From: Octopus vulgaris
Taxonomy: Eukaryota
NCBI GenBank assembly: GCA_951406725.2
Contig: OX597832.1
Span: 23,374,001-23,438,000 of the forward strand
DNA: 64,000 bases
Direction: 5' to 3'
The translations under genes and the position numbers were made by a program. This document shows, in pieces, positions 24,770-37,519 of this stretch (position 1 is the first letter of the stretch; each line of letters opens with the position of its first letter). The notes under the pieces were generated by a model that was not told where the DNA came from, did no database searches, and was given only the letters and a program-made list of their open reading frames with translations.

Positions 24770-25680
24770 TTAATCTCTTGTTCTTGGATTGCAAATAAAT
24801 AACCTTCGATGTAGGATGTAGAGGTTTCTTTATACTACTGTCTTCTTCAAGTCTACGGCAAACATGCCGATGCATGGTCTCATTCATCACTCTCTTTTCG
24901 CGTTTTCGTTCCTTTTGGTATGTTTAGTGTTTTACATCCATATCTTCTTTGCGGTATGTTAGGCCGGATGTTTTGAGATTGTATGGAAGGTCATCTGGGA
25001 GAGTGTGCTTCCTGAGGACTCGCTGCCGACACATTGGATATTGTTCTCTTCACGTTTCAACTCCAAGTATTTATTTAATGGAGGCGCAATGGCCCAGTGT
25101 TTAGGGCAGCGGATTCGTGGTCGTAGGATCGCGGTTTCGATTCCCAGACCGGGCGTTGTGAGTGTTTATTGAGCGAAAACACCTAAAGCTTCACGTGCCT
25201 CCGGCAGGGGATGGTGGTGATCCCTGCTGTACTCTTTCACCACAACTTTCTCTCACTCTTACTTCCTGTTTCTGTTGTACCTGTATTTCAAAGGGCCGGC
25301 CTTGTCACTCTCTGTGTCACGCTGAATATCCCCGAGAACTACGTTAAGGGTACACGTGTCTGTGGAGTGCTCAGCCACTTACACGTTAATTTCACGAGCA
25401 GGCTGTTCCGTTGATCGGATCAACCGGAACCCTCGTCGTCGTAACCGACGGAGTGCTTCCACTGTATGATATGTTACCAGCAATGCCTAGGTACTTGTAG
25501 CATTCTTTGTATGGGACAGGAGAGATAGTGAAACGATTAATGCACAGGTTTTGTGCCCTGGGGGACTGATTTTCCCCGTTCAACATTCGAGTATGAACAT
25601 TCCTTTAAGCTAAATTCCATTCATATGTGAGCTGAAATTTCTGTTCTTAACTCCAGCTGTTTTTGGCATTATTATCAGTT
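24770..25680 (-). mobile_element. Degenerate R4/Dong-like LINE fragments interrupted by a SINE (25081-25457)
   Basis: Relics MEFSLKEC, YKECYKYLGIAGNISYSG (RT C-terminus) and TSYIEGYLFAIQEQEI. Confidence 0.6.
25081..25457 (+). mobile_element. tRNA-derived SINE family C, full-length copy
   Basis: Head gaggcgcaatggcccagtgtttagggcagcgg...ggtttcgattccc (A and B boxes) and tail cgtcgtcgtaaccgacggagtgc. Related copies at 10598, 44588, 57283 and 62503. Confidence 0.88.
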
Positions 25681-25684
25681 TTAG

Positions 25685-25965
25685 TATGTATGTATGTATG
25701 TATCTATGTATATATGTATCTATGTATGTATGTATGTATGTATGTATGTTTGTATGTATGTATGTATGCATGTATGTATGTATGTATGTATGTATGTTTG
25801 TATGTATGTATGTTTGTATGTATGTATGTATGTATGTATGTATGTTTGTATGTATGTATGTATGTATGTTTGTATGTATGTATGTATGTATGTATGTATG
25901 TATCTATGTATGTATGTATGTATGTATGTATGTATGTATGTATGTATGTATGTATGTATGTATGT
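25685..25965. repeat. (TATG)n microsatellite
   Basis: Direct reading; similar tracts at 42490-42710 and 53073-53388. Confidence 0.97.
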
Positions 25966-26293
25966 TTCACGCTGTTTCTGCTATGCAATTGCGTTAATTG
26001 GAACTCGTGTCTGTGAAATGTTCAACGTTTTATAATACTGGTCGTGTTTACAGCATTTCTGATCATACGCATGGATCCATACAACTTTTTATACTCCTAG
26101 TGACACACACGCACACGCAAGCACACACATACACACATATGTATATATTCCTATTTACGTATATATATATATTTGTGTGTATGCATGCGCAGTTATAAGT
26201 ATGTATGTTTGTATGTATGCATATATGTATATATATATATATATTTATATTCGTGTATAAATATGCTCAGAAATAAGATATGTATAAATATAT

Positions 26294-26340
<47 letters not shown>

Positions 26341-27084
26341 TATATACATATATATACATACATACATACATACATACATACATACATACATTCATATAGG
26401 TATCAATATACTTACAAATATTATACATGTATAGATAGATAGATATAGATGTGTATATATATATTCATGTATGTATGTATGTATGTATGTATGTATGTAT
26501 AGAGCAAGGGAGAAAGAGAGAAATACGTTTGAGTGAGTGATGGTGCTGTATGCGTGTCTGTTCGTATATGTCTATATAATTTGTATGATCCATTGTAATT
26601 CCTCTACTTATAATAAATATACTTCAGAATTCTTCAGAAAGAAATTCATTTAGAAACGATTATATTCTATAGCTATGTCCACTTGCTTCACTTATACATT
26701 TGAAACTGTATTGTAAAGACAATTGAGCCATTATTCCTAAATGTTTTATGCTATATTTTACCATTTTCTCTAATAAACACAGAATAACGTTTGAAGATAT
26801 AATTAGTACACTGCTTGCCTTCCTTATTTTAGTGTGAACTATTGAATTCTAAAGTAGACGAGGAGAAATTGAAAAGAAATGAAACTGCGCTCCAATAATT
26901 AAAAGATGTTTACCAGATATTCTTTCACGGACATACACATACACACATGCACAGCCAGGCGTATATGTATGAATGTACGTGTATGCTTATGCATATGTGT
27001 GCGTATGGCTGTGTATGTATATATGTGTGCAAACATATTGAAGCACAGATGTTATATCTGTGTGTGCGTGTGTTTGTGTGTGTG

Positions 27085-27124
<40 letters not shown>

Positions 27125-27308
27125 CCCTTAATTTAGCCCTTAATTATATGATGTTTATACTTCATATGATGTTTATAATTTAGCCCTTAATTATATGATG
27201 TTTATACTTCAACCGTAACTGTTTTTTTTAAATATACTGCCCACGCTTCCTGATGGATTCCTTTTCTGTAGAGAAAGGGACTTCATCCTATATTGCTAGT
27301 ATATATAT

Positions 27309-27364
<56 letters not shown>

Positions 27365-27466
27365 TTTGAACATGATATATATACGTATATGTATACATAT
27401 ATATATGATTATATGTAAATATATATATATATATATGGTGTATATGTATATATATGGTATAGATTA

Positions 27467-27528
<62 letters not shown>

Positions 27529-27758
27529 ATATATATAATATATATGGTATATATATATATATATGATATATGCATATATATATATATATATACGTGTGTG
27601 TGTGTGTGTGAGATTATCTAAATATATGCATATTTAAGTAATTATATGAACATGGGCATGCGTGTGTCTCCTTCAATGTGTGAATATGTGTGTATACATG
27701 CATGAACGCGTGCTTTTCTGTAAATTAATTTGTTTTTTCTATCTCTTTCTACACGAAG

Positions 27759-27861
27759 TCTTTCAGAATGTTCAACGAACCACAATAACTACAAAATGAC
27801 CAAATCAAACAAGAAAACCGCCAAAAAAATATCTGTCGAAGATGACAAAACGAAAATGCAG
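27759..27861 (+). CDS. Class A GPCR, exon D (ICL3)
   Basis: Pyrimidine tract, then acacgaag|T, and donor CAG|gtaact. Translates (S)LSECSTNHNNYKMTKSNKKTAKKISVEDDKTKMQ and bridges phase 2 (exon C) to phase 0 (exon E). The 5' boundary is less certain than the 3'. Confidence 0.75.
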
Positions 27862-29251
27862 GTAACTTCTTCTGTATTTCAAATTCATTCAGGAAGTTTT
27901 TAATTTTGTCATTCCTTATATTCACACACGACAATTATTCTTTGCCGTTTTCATTGTTTCTACTTTTGCCACTGTCATACGCGTGTTTATGCAATAATGG
28001 TTATTCTCTAACAGAACGGCGTGCAGCTTTTCCAAACATATTCGCACATCCGTAACATCTCTAGCAGTGAAAAGATATTGTTGTTAGTCACCGGAATCAT
28101 TACTCGTGATTGCGATTATTGCTGCTGTAAGCATTTCTGAATGGTTTGGCGTACAAACCTGAAGGTCGGTGGTATGGTGAGAAGAGCTCTGCGGCTCATA
28201 TTCATACGTCGTAGATTCAGTTTCTGGACTGGGCTGAGTGCTGCATTCTTGAGGGGCAAAGCACTTCAGTTCAAGACATTTCAATCTGTGCAGCTGAAAA
28301 GCATATTAATCGATTACTGGAACATACTTCTGACCCCATCCTGTGGTTGTTCCGCTTCGACAAAGGTACAGATTCCAAGATGGACACACATACACACACA
28401 CACTTGCGTTCGATCCAGCAGCCATCGCATCTACCAGCCGGCCGTCCGCCATCTCTGCTTTGTTTTCTTAGCTGCTGCGGTGAAGCTTCGATTCTGCAGA
28501 GGAATAAGTAAGACTGAACTTACTCGCGCCTTTTGCCGAGTAAGTTTTCTTTATTTTTATTGGACCATGAGGAGGTAGTGAGGTTATAGGGCCTTACTTC
28601 GGTTGAGAGTAAACATGATAAATTTTGTCCTATTGATGTCGAGAGAGTGGGAGAGATTATTGGGTGGCAGCTGCAGCAGAAATCCCTTGGTGCATAACAC
28701 ACGGACACACACACACACACTCGCGCTCGATCCTGAGACACTCAAATCTATTAGTGAATGCATGTTACGTTACCAAACCAAACTGCGAGCAAGCAACGAC
28801 TTATATAATTTATTGCACCAATAAATATATTCCACAAACTTATATAACACAACGTAGCTTCCTGGAAAAGTTCTTTATGATAGTTTAGCGTTTCATCTTG
28901 GGGCTTGATTACTATTTTTTTCATGGCTTCATCGCTGGAGGAAGAGTTCGTGAAAGTAGTGTAAATTTCCAAGACAAGTAGAGAAGAGTTAAGAAATTTA
29001 TATTTCAGAACATTAGACAATAAACAGCCAGCATACTTACGAAGAAGTAACTTTCTTTAAGTGCACTGTTAACTTGCTTGTTTTTCCCACCTCTTATGTT
29101 AGACTCTAAAAGATAATCCTAGGTGAAATGCTACTTCAGTGTAACTATGTACAGGAAGTTTTCGATAGACGAATCTGCGCAAAACCTCATTTATAATTAA
29201 TAGATGTTACAATCTTATGTCTCTTCGCTTTTGCAGGAAGATTACAAGGGT

Positions 29252-29298
<47 letters not shown>

Positions 29299-29434
29299 AT
29301 GTGTATGTGCATAAATATATATATATATATATAGCAGAAAATATTTTGTTTAAGATATTATTTATCTCGAGATTTATACACAAAGATATTTGTATTTTGA
29401 TCAAATATTTTCATCGGATTATGATTGGCAAATT

Positions 29435-29638
29435 AGGCGTAGGAATGGCTTATAGGCGTAGGAATGGCTTATAAGCGTAGGAGTGGCTGTGTGGTAAGTA
29501 GCTTGCTTACCAACCACATGGTTCCGGGTTCAGTTCCACTGCATGGCAACATGGGCAAGTGTCTTCTACTATAGCCTCGGGCTGACCAAAGCCTTGTGAG
29601 TGGATTTGGTAGACGGAAACTGAAAGACGCCCGTCATA

Positions 29639-29722
<84 letters not shown>

Positions 29723-29990
29723 TGTGTATATATATATATATTTATATGTGTGTGTGTATGTATGTATATGTTTGTGTGGCTATGTTTGTCTCTCCCTACA
29801 TCGCTTGACAACCGATGCTGGTGTGTTTACGTCCCCGTAACCTAGTGGTTCGGCAAAAAGAACCCGATAGAATAAGTACTGGGCTTACCAAAGGATAAGT
29901 CCCGGGGTCAATTTGTTCGACTAAAGGCGGTGCTCCACCACGGCCACAGTCATAATGACTGAAACACGTAAAAGAGTAAAAGAGTAAAGA
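29435..29990 (+). mobile_element. SINE family A copy with triplicated head
   Basis: aggcgtaggaatggcttat is repeated before the normal head. Ends about 65 nt upstream of the exon E acceptor. Confidence 0.88.
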
Positions 29991-30056
29991 AAATAAGTTA
30001 AATTTCAATACGAAATGTTACTATGACATGTAAATGTTTCTTGTTTATTTCCTCAG

Positions 30057-30491
30057 GTTCTGAAGATGTTGGCGATTGTTGTCCTGCTGTTTGTCCTGTG
30101 CTGGGCACCAATTCTTATCAACAACGTTTTGGTCGGTTTCGAAATCCTACCCGTCCTCCACTACGGTCACACGAGACCCGTTCGCATGGCCTTCCATCTC
30201 ATGTCTTACTTCAACAGCTGCATCAACCCAGTCGTCTATTCATTTCTGTCTAGGAACTTCCGCGAGTCATTCAAGCATATATTCCGTAACTTGTGCAACA
30301 GAAGTCTACGACCAACGAACGGTCGCGAACGATCAACTAGAAGATCTACCGTGTCATTCACAACAAGGTCTACCTCATTTAATCAGAATCGTCGACATCA
30401 CAACAAAAACAGCGAGGAAAAACTGGACCACAGCAACTCCAGTTCAGATAACGTCAAGGTCACCATTGTATCGTGTTCTGAAGATGCCTGA
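30057..30491 (+). CDS. Class A GPCR, terminal exon E (TM6-TM7-C tail); resembles orphan GPRnna14-like/QRFP-receptor-like peptide receptors
   Basis: Acceptor tttcctcag|G. Translates VLKMLAIVVLLFVLCWAPILINN...AFHLMSYFNSCINPVVYSFLSRNFRESF...SEDA*, with CWxP, NPxxY, helix 8 and a Ser/Thr-rich tail. The five exons total 987 nt (328 aa plus stop). The subfamily call is from recalled similarity, not a search. Confidence 0.95.
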   Translation, partial: VLKMLAIVVLLFVLCWAPILINNVLVGFEILPVLHYGHTRPVRMAFHLMSYFNSCINPVVYSFLSRNFRESFKHIFRNLCNRSLRPTNGRERSTRRSTVSFTTRSTSFNQNRRHHNKNSEEKLDHSNSSSDNVKVTIVSCSEDA

Positions 30492-30642
30492 ACTGGTCGA
30501 TGTTAATCAATGAAATATATTATTCATCCATTTGTAAATGGCTTATTTATTATATAATTTACCGTTTTGTTCAATCAGTCGTTAAATATCTATTATTATA
30601 TAATTAGATTCTAATCAGATTATCATATTTTATAATGAAAGT

Positions 30643-30648
30643 ATTAAA
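30643..30648 (+). promoter_or_regulatory. Candidate polyadenylation signal (ATTAAA) for the GPCR
   Basis: ATTAAA about 150 nt after the stop codon, followed by a T/GT-rich tract at about 30680-30770. Confidence 0.35.
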
Positions 30649-30769
30649 TAATTGTAAAAACACAAATCTAACGTTCTTGAAGTTTGGTTTATTTTTTTAG
30701 TTTTGCTTTTTAATGTTGCTTTCGTTTTGCTTTTGTTTCTGTATTTTTTTTGTTTATACTTCAATCTTT

Positions 30770-31075
30770 TTTCAGTGATTAGATTGCGGCCATGCTTGAG
30801 CAGCACCTTGAAAATCTTAGGCGAACGAATCGACTCCGGTCTTTATTTTTAAGCCTGGTACTTATTCTATCAGTTTCTCTTGCTGAATCGCTAGATGACG
30901 GAGATGTAAACACAGCAACACCGGCTGTCCATCTGTGGGGCGACGAGCACACACACGTATATGTATGTATATATATATATAAAGCTATAGTAGAAGGCAC
31001 TTACATAAGGTGCCACACAATGGGACTGAACCCTGAAGCATGTGCTGGGGAAGCAAGCATCTTACCTGTGCCTGT
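30770..31075 (-). mobile_element. Degenerate SINE family A copy
   Basis: gcggccatgcttgagcagcacc...tacttattctatc...ggtgccacacaatgggactgaacc. Confidence 0.75.
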
Positions 31076-31404
31076 TTGCTTGTTCGTTTCTCTCACTTGC
31101 CGGGTCGTCTGCATTTCGAGAAGGAATTTCCAGAGGGTCGGAGCGATTGAGATTTGTTTTTAGTTGAAGCGTGATGAGAAGTAAATAGATGAGTGGATCG
31201 AGAATGCAAGAATGAAGGAAATACAGAGATGAAAGAAGAAAGATTACCTAGCCACAGTAATTAGCAGCTAGTGCCATAATTCTCATTTCTTGAGTTAGAT
31301 TGAAATCTGTCACATTAACGCTGTCTATCAGGATTAAAAACGTAATGAGAATTTAACGCATGCTCTGTAAACAGATTCGGAATTTAAGATATCTTTTTAA
31401 TGTT

Positions 31405-31874
31405 TTCCTTGTTTCAGTCACGAACTGGGGCCATGCTGGGGCACCGCCTTAAAGGGCTTAGTTAAAGATAGCGACCCCAATACTTCTTTTCTTTTTTTTT
31501 TTATTTCTTTATTGCCCACAAAGGACTAAACATAGAGGGGACGAACAAGGACAGCCAAAAGGATTAAGTCGATTGCATCGACTCCAGTGCGTAACTGGTA
31601 CTTAATTTATCGACCTCGAAAGGATGAAAGGCAAAGTCGACCTCGGCGGAATTTGAACTCAGAACGTAACGGCAGACGAAATACGGCTACGCATTTCGCA
31701 CAGCGTGCTGACTTTTCTGCCAGCTCGCCGCCTTTATTTTTTAAGCTTCGTACTTACTTCATCGGTGTTCTTTTGCCGAGCAGCTGTTACCAGGATGTAA
31801 ACAAAACAATATCGATTGTCAAGTAGCGGTGGCAGCAAACACAAAGGTGCACACATACACATACACACACACAC

Positions 31875-31906
<32 letters not shown>

Positions 31907-32060
31907 TCATATGCAATGAGCGTCTTTCAGTTCCCATCTGCCAAGATCACTCAGAAGGCTTTGGTCAACCCGATGCTATAGAGAAGACGAGTCCCCAAGG
32001 TGCTTCGCAGCGGGACTGAACCAGGTATTATGAGCTTGAGAAGAAAGCTTTTTACCACAC
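31405..32060 (-). mobile_element. Old SINE family A copy interrupted by a family B copy (31503-31733, minus)
   Basis: Family A tail at 31405-31480, then a complete reverse-complement family B copy, then family A resumes at about 31740. Confidence 0.78.
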
Positions 32061-33218
32061 AACTATCGCAATGCCTTGGTAAGCTGAATTAAGACAAATG
32101 TTAGATTTGCATTGAAGTATATCATTTAGATTACCCGCCATGTAATTGTTTGCATTTTAAACCATTAACTTGAGATTCGCTTCGAGATCCTTCCTTTATT
32201 TAAAAATTCTCTGTAAATAGATTTCCTCCAACCAAACAAAGAGACGTGCCTAAGATGACAAATCCTCGGTAGCATGTCTTTCCATGAATACGTACTGAAT
32301 AAATTTTCTTGTAATCACCTCGATGAACGCTGTTTACGCTAAACCAATTTACAATTCCTGATTTCAGAGAAGCGAAATTAAACGGCAAACAAACGAACGC
32401 CTTTTGGCAACGTAAAGACGAACTGTAGTTACATCATTTCGCAGGTGTAATATTTGAAATCTGGAAAACCCTAAATTTTGTAGCTATCTAATAATTATTT
32501 GATCCATTTGTTTCAAGTTCAAAGCAATTAATGATATCCATGTTATGCAATTAACAAAAATATTCAAGCGCCTTGTGAAAATGATTGACTGCTTTGGGCG
32601 AAGTAAGAATTAACCATAAATGGATTCTGCCTTCTTTAGAGCTTATAGAAAAATGCATTCAAAAGAAGCACATTAATTTGTGGTTCTTATCGCAGTTGAT
32701 TCGACAACTAAATTAACGCCTTACGCAACACCCGAACAAATAACAGCATTGCGTAAGCTCAGCCATTTTATTCGATTAAATTTACTCCCTTCCAGTTAAA
32801 CCTGTTTACCGTAATTTATTATCAGCTGAAACTGCCTCTCTAAGATTTGAACGCTGCATTGATATTTTGTGCCTGAGATGTATTTTCAATTTTTTCGACA
32901 TCTGGAATTTGAATAGTAATCTTCGTAAGTATTTTAAATATTAGACTTAAATTTGCAAAGGACTTCACAAGCTTCCTTTACTCTCCAGATTTCTCATAAT
33001 CAGTTTGGGCTCATTCTCTTAAATTTTGGTAGTATACACGCATGCAAAACATACATACCGCTTTAGAGCCCTTCCCCTTAAACGGAATAAACTGGCCTTC
33101 CTTCCATTGTTATGCAGTTTGTCACATCAATATTCTACTTCCTCGTTGTTGGGGGAGGTGCTCTAATTAAGATTATGTAAAGGTTTAGAAATCAAGGGTG
33201 ACATTATTGGATTGAATC

Positions 33219-33415
33219 AAGGCGGCGAGCTGGCAGAAGCGTTAGCACGCCGTGCGAAATGCGTAGCCTTATTTCGTCTGCCGTTACGTTCTGAGTTCAA
33301 ATTCCGCCGGGGTCGATAAATTAATTACCAGTTACGCACTGGGGTCGATGTTCTCGACTTAATCCGTTTATCTGTCTTCTCTGTGTTTAGCCCTTTGTGG
33401 GTAGTAAAAAAATAT
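33219..33415 (+). mobile_element. SINE family B copy with TSD-like tattggattg flanks
   Basis: Family B head and tail; tattggattg occurs on both sides. Confidence 0.82.
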
Positions 33416-34686
33416 ATTGGATTGGATTGAAATCTCCTTGTTTAGTCCACTGCCGGACGAGGGTCACGGCATATTATCTGCACCAACCACGGCCCGATGT
33501 GGAGGCCATTAATTTGAGTTTGAGATTACCCTGTTTTGATGAGCCTACTCTACCATACTGGTTCCACATGGCTTGGCAAAGGGGTGCAGTTTTTATACTT
33601 ATATCCTGGAGTAAAGTTCATTACATCGACTACATCGACCCCAGCACTTAACTGGTACGTACTTTACCGACCCCAGAAGTATGAAAGTGAATGTAACATT
33701 ATTACTGTAGCTAAAAAGCTTCTTTTTTTTAACTAAAATAAATCAGAATCTCAAATAGATATAACACACCAAACAAATACGCAATTTCAACATTTTTCAA
33801 GCTGGATTGGGCAGCGAATTAAATACAACAGCACCAATTTCATGTCGAATTTTAAACGAACGTTTTCTTATGAAAAAAAAATTCTTTAAACTAAAACATT
33901 CATATTCGTTATACAATTGGGTTTTTTTCTTCAATATTACCCAACAAAAATATATACATTCCTCTATCTATATAACAACGAAAGAAATCTCTCCTGATTA
34001 TATAAATGTGTGTGTATGTGTGTGTGCCACCAAAAGGCTAGCGAGAGACATAATGTCCGCCATTATATCTGTCGAGAGACGTAATGTCTGTCGGCAGGCT
34101 ATTTCCAGTGGATTTTAATGTGCGTGTATCTTTTCACACAAGCACTAATGCAACCTTATCTAACCCACGTTAACCACGTCTAACCTTACCGAATCTAATA
34201 TAGTTTATGGTAGGTTAGGTTTAGTTAAGATGCATCGATTGTTATTCATTCATATAGACATAAAAATGTATTTCTTTCTGTAAACAGCGGCGGTATTATC
34301 AATCAGCGTCTGGATGTGTGGAAGCAGCGAAACACTCGCTTGCAGTTCACCTAACAGTGTAAAAAAATACTTCCAATTGTTATTAATAAAATCCTTACCT
34401 GGTTGTATTCGGTAAATATTTTGTTTGAATTAAGTTAAAGGAAAATCAACTTCTCGCTTCAGTAATACTGATGCATGGTATTTTCAACTGAAAGAGTTAC
34501 TGCTGATTGTTAGTAAGATTACGAATCCTACATCAGGACTAAAGGTTTGTTAATATCAAACTCATTCTTTAGTCATAAATCAAAAAACATTCGTTCACAA
34601 ATTCTGCCCTTTGTTAAAATTAAATTGATACACGATATATTAGTTTTTGGTAATTCAAAGACTAAAATTAAAATGAATGTTGATCA

Positions 34687-34870
34687 GGATGGATGGATGG
34701 ATGGATGGATTGATGGATATTTGGATGGATGGATGGTTGGTTGGATGGATGGACGACCGGATGGTTGGATGGATGGATGGACGGGATGGAATGGATGGAT
34801 TGATGGTTAGAACGATGGATGGATGGATTGATGGTTGGATGGATGGATTGATGGATGCATGGATTGATGG
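34687..34870. repeat. (GGAT)n degenerate microsatellite
   Basis: Direct reading. Confidence 0.95.
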
Positions 34871-35601
34871 TTTTTCCTTCTTTTGCCGATGGGGACCCAG
34901 TTGTTCTTACGACTGAATTCCCTACTCTTGAATTACAGCGAAAGTAGCAGATCATTCCACAAACACGTGTACCTGCTTCGTAAGTCTCTGACAAAAATCA
35001 CTCCTTTCAGGGTCGAGAAAATGTAGTACCAGTCAACCACTGACTCCGTTGCTATCGATTAACTCTTTTTCTCAAAACTACTCCCTTTGTACCTTAATTA
35101 GAAGCAATATTTGGAAATAAAAAAATAAGGATTAAAGGAAACACTAAAAACTGCGTTTCATAAAATAAGTTTCGTTATTCGTTTTTCATTTTCCATTTTT
35201 CGTAATTTTTTTCTTTTTTCGATTACCATTACATAAGACTTCTTACAACAATTACATTTCCTTGCCCTGTCCAATAAGAAATAATTTAAATGCAGGCATC
35301 TCAACTTTATTATTGTGACACAACCCATTAAATACGTCTTGTAATTTAGAGTGAGTTTATCAAGAAATATTGAAAGATTTGTGTAAACCTGTTATTATTA
35401 TTCTAGTTTATCATCTTTTTCTATAAAACAAAATTATTGATTCAACAATTTATTTATATTTTAATAGAAATTTCTTTTATTTTATTTAATGGTTGCAAAT
35501 CACGTCTTGTTCAGCAATTGAATATGTATGATATCTTGATAGGTCATAAAATTTATTTTTCTAATAAAACTAAGAAAAATATATATAAATTTAAATGTAT
35601 A

Positions 35602-35706
<105 letters not shown>

Positions 35707-35915
35707 GGGAGTAAATCCAAACTTTTTTAATTTTTTTTAAATTTTAGCTTTAAATTTAAATAATTTAAATTTTGAATTTTATATATTTTGTATATTATAT
35801 TAATTAATTTTATTTCTATGTTTTGGTTTATATTTTCACTGTTTGATTTGCCTAATAGTGGTTTTTATCTCTAATTTAATATATATATATATATATATTG
35901 CAAATTTTCCATCGT

Positions 35916-35970
<55 letters not shown>

Positions 35971-36540
35971 TTATATAAAACGAAACGGGGAAAGTTAAGC
36001 AAAAGCTGAATAAATTTTAACCATTTATCTGTGCGTGTTTATTATTCTAGAGAACTTACAAACCGATGATAATTTCTATAAACAATCTATGACAGCAGCC
36101 GTTCAAAATTTGGTTCCTAAATATGAATATACGCGTGTAAGTATGAGTATAAACTGCGTCCAGTAGGGGCGCCCAAGTTCGCGACTCCCAGGGCTTTGAG
36201 GAGTGTGGGATCACATCTTAGCCACTATTGTTTCCAGGACTACTCTGAACCGGAACAGTAGCGCATGTAATCGTCCCAAGAATGGGTTAACTAGTATATA
36301 AGCCACTGAATGTGAAGGATCTTTAGTTCATGTTAGAAATTCTTCCTACAAGAAGTTAAACTCATGTCAAGAAAAATCTGAAGAGCTGTTGGTTTCTGGT
36401 CGTTTCAACCTTTGTTTTGACATCATGTTTTAAAACTGGAGAATCGGGTCAGTGGTTTGTAACACTTAACTCACTCAAAACAAATTCGTGCAAATGAAAT
36501 TCTTTGATTCTTGGAACGTTTGTACGGAGTTACTTTACTT

Positions 36541-36606
<66 letters not shown>

Positions 36607-36607
<1 letters not shown>

Positions 36608-36740
36608 TTAATTTATCGACCCCGAAAGGATGAACGGCAAAGTCGACCTGGTCGGAATTTGAACTCAGAACCTAACGGCAGACGAAATACGGCTACGCAT
36701 TTTGCCCGGCGCGCTAACGTTTCTGCCAGCTCACCGCCCT
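36607..36740 (-). mobile_element. SINE family B 5' half
   Basis: Reverse complement of the family B head and core. Confidence 0.8.
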
Positions 36741-37519
36741 CTTGGTTTGCAATAATTTAATATCTCCAAATTTGCACCCTTTCGACTGAATTCTTAGTCC
36801 TTTATCCCTCTGGAGTCGATAAAATGAAAGCTAGTGTTTAACTGGAGAGATTTCAATCCTTAAAGAGGTGATATAAGCTCGTGAATTGGTTTATCAAAGG
36901 TAATATTGGTTATATTTCTAAGTCCTCTTTTTGAATCCAGTCAAATAACTTCTCGCTGTCTATCCCTTTGGCGTCGATGAAATAAATACCAGTGATAAAC
37001 TGGGATAACTTCAAGTGTTAATGAGAAAATGTCGGCACCTGCCTGTCTATTTAGCATTAATCAATATTTCGCGAAATATCTTCGAGAGACCTGTAGAGAA
37101 AAGCAAAACATATTCGAGTGTTCAATTAAAAGTACTTGTTTTTTTTATATATTTGTTTTTGTCTTTTTTTTCGCAAAAAGAAAAGGAATAAAAAATTAAC
37201 AGAAAAAATATTGAAAAGTCAAAAGAACGAAGAATTACAAAAGATAACTAAAATAAGACATTCGTTTTTCACTGGTTCTTATTGGGTAAGTGACCTGAAT
37301 TTAACGACGGGCAAATTAATCACAGGAAATCAAAGAGAACACTTTTAAAGAGATTAAGATATTTAAGAGACGAAACCTATGATTAATTCCAAATTGCCGT
37401 AATCGTAGCATTATAAACACACATATATATATATGTATTAACACTTTACTCACGAACCTGTTTATTTAGCTGTTGATGAAAGAAAAGCGATTGATGGTGT
37501 TTGTTTAAAAATAAAAACA

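Noticed and set aside
25081-25155. tRNA-like sequences (also 10598, 49740, 57283, 62740)
   Set aside because: They are SINE heads that continue into SINE bodies and lack a convincing acceptor stem or pol III terminator.
28141-28578. 145-aa ORF in a relatively GC-rich intronic segment
   Set aside because: No recognisable domain, includes (CA)n-derived residues and has no convincing splice or start context.
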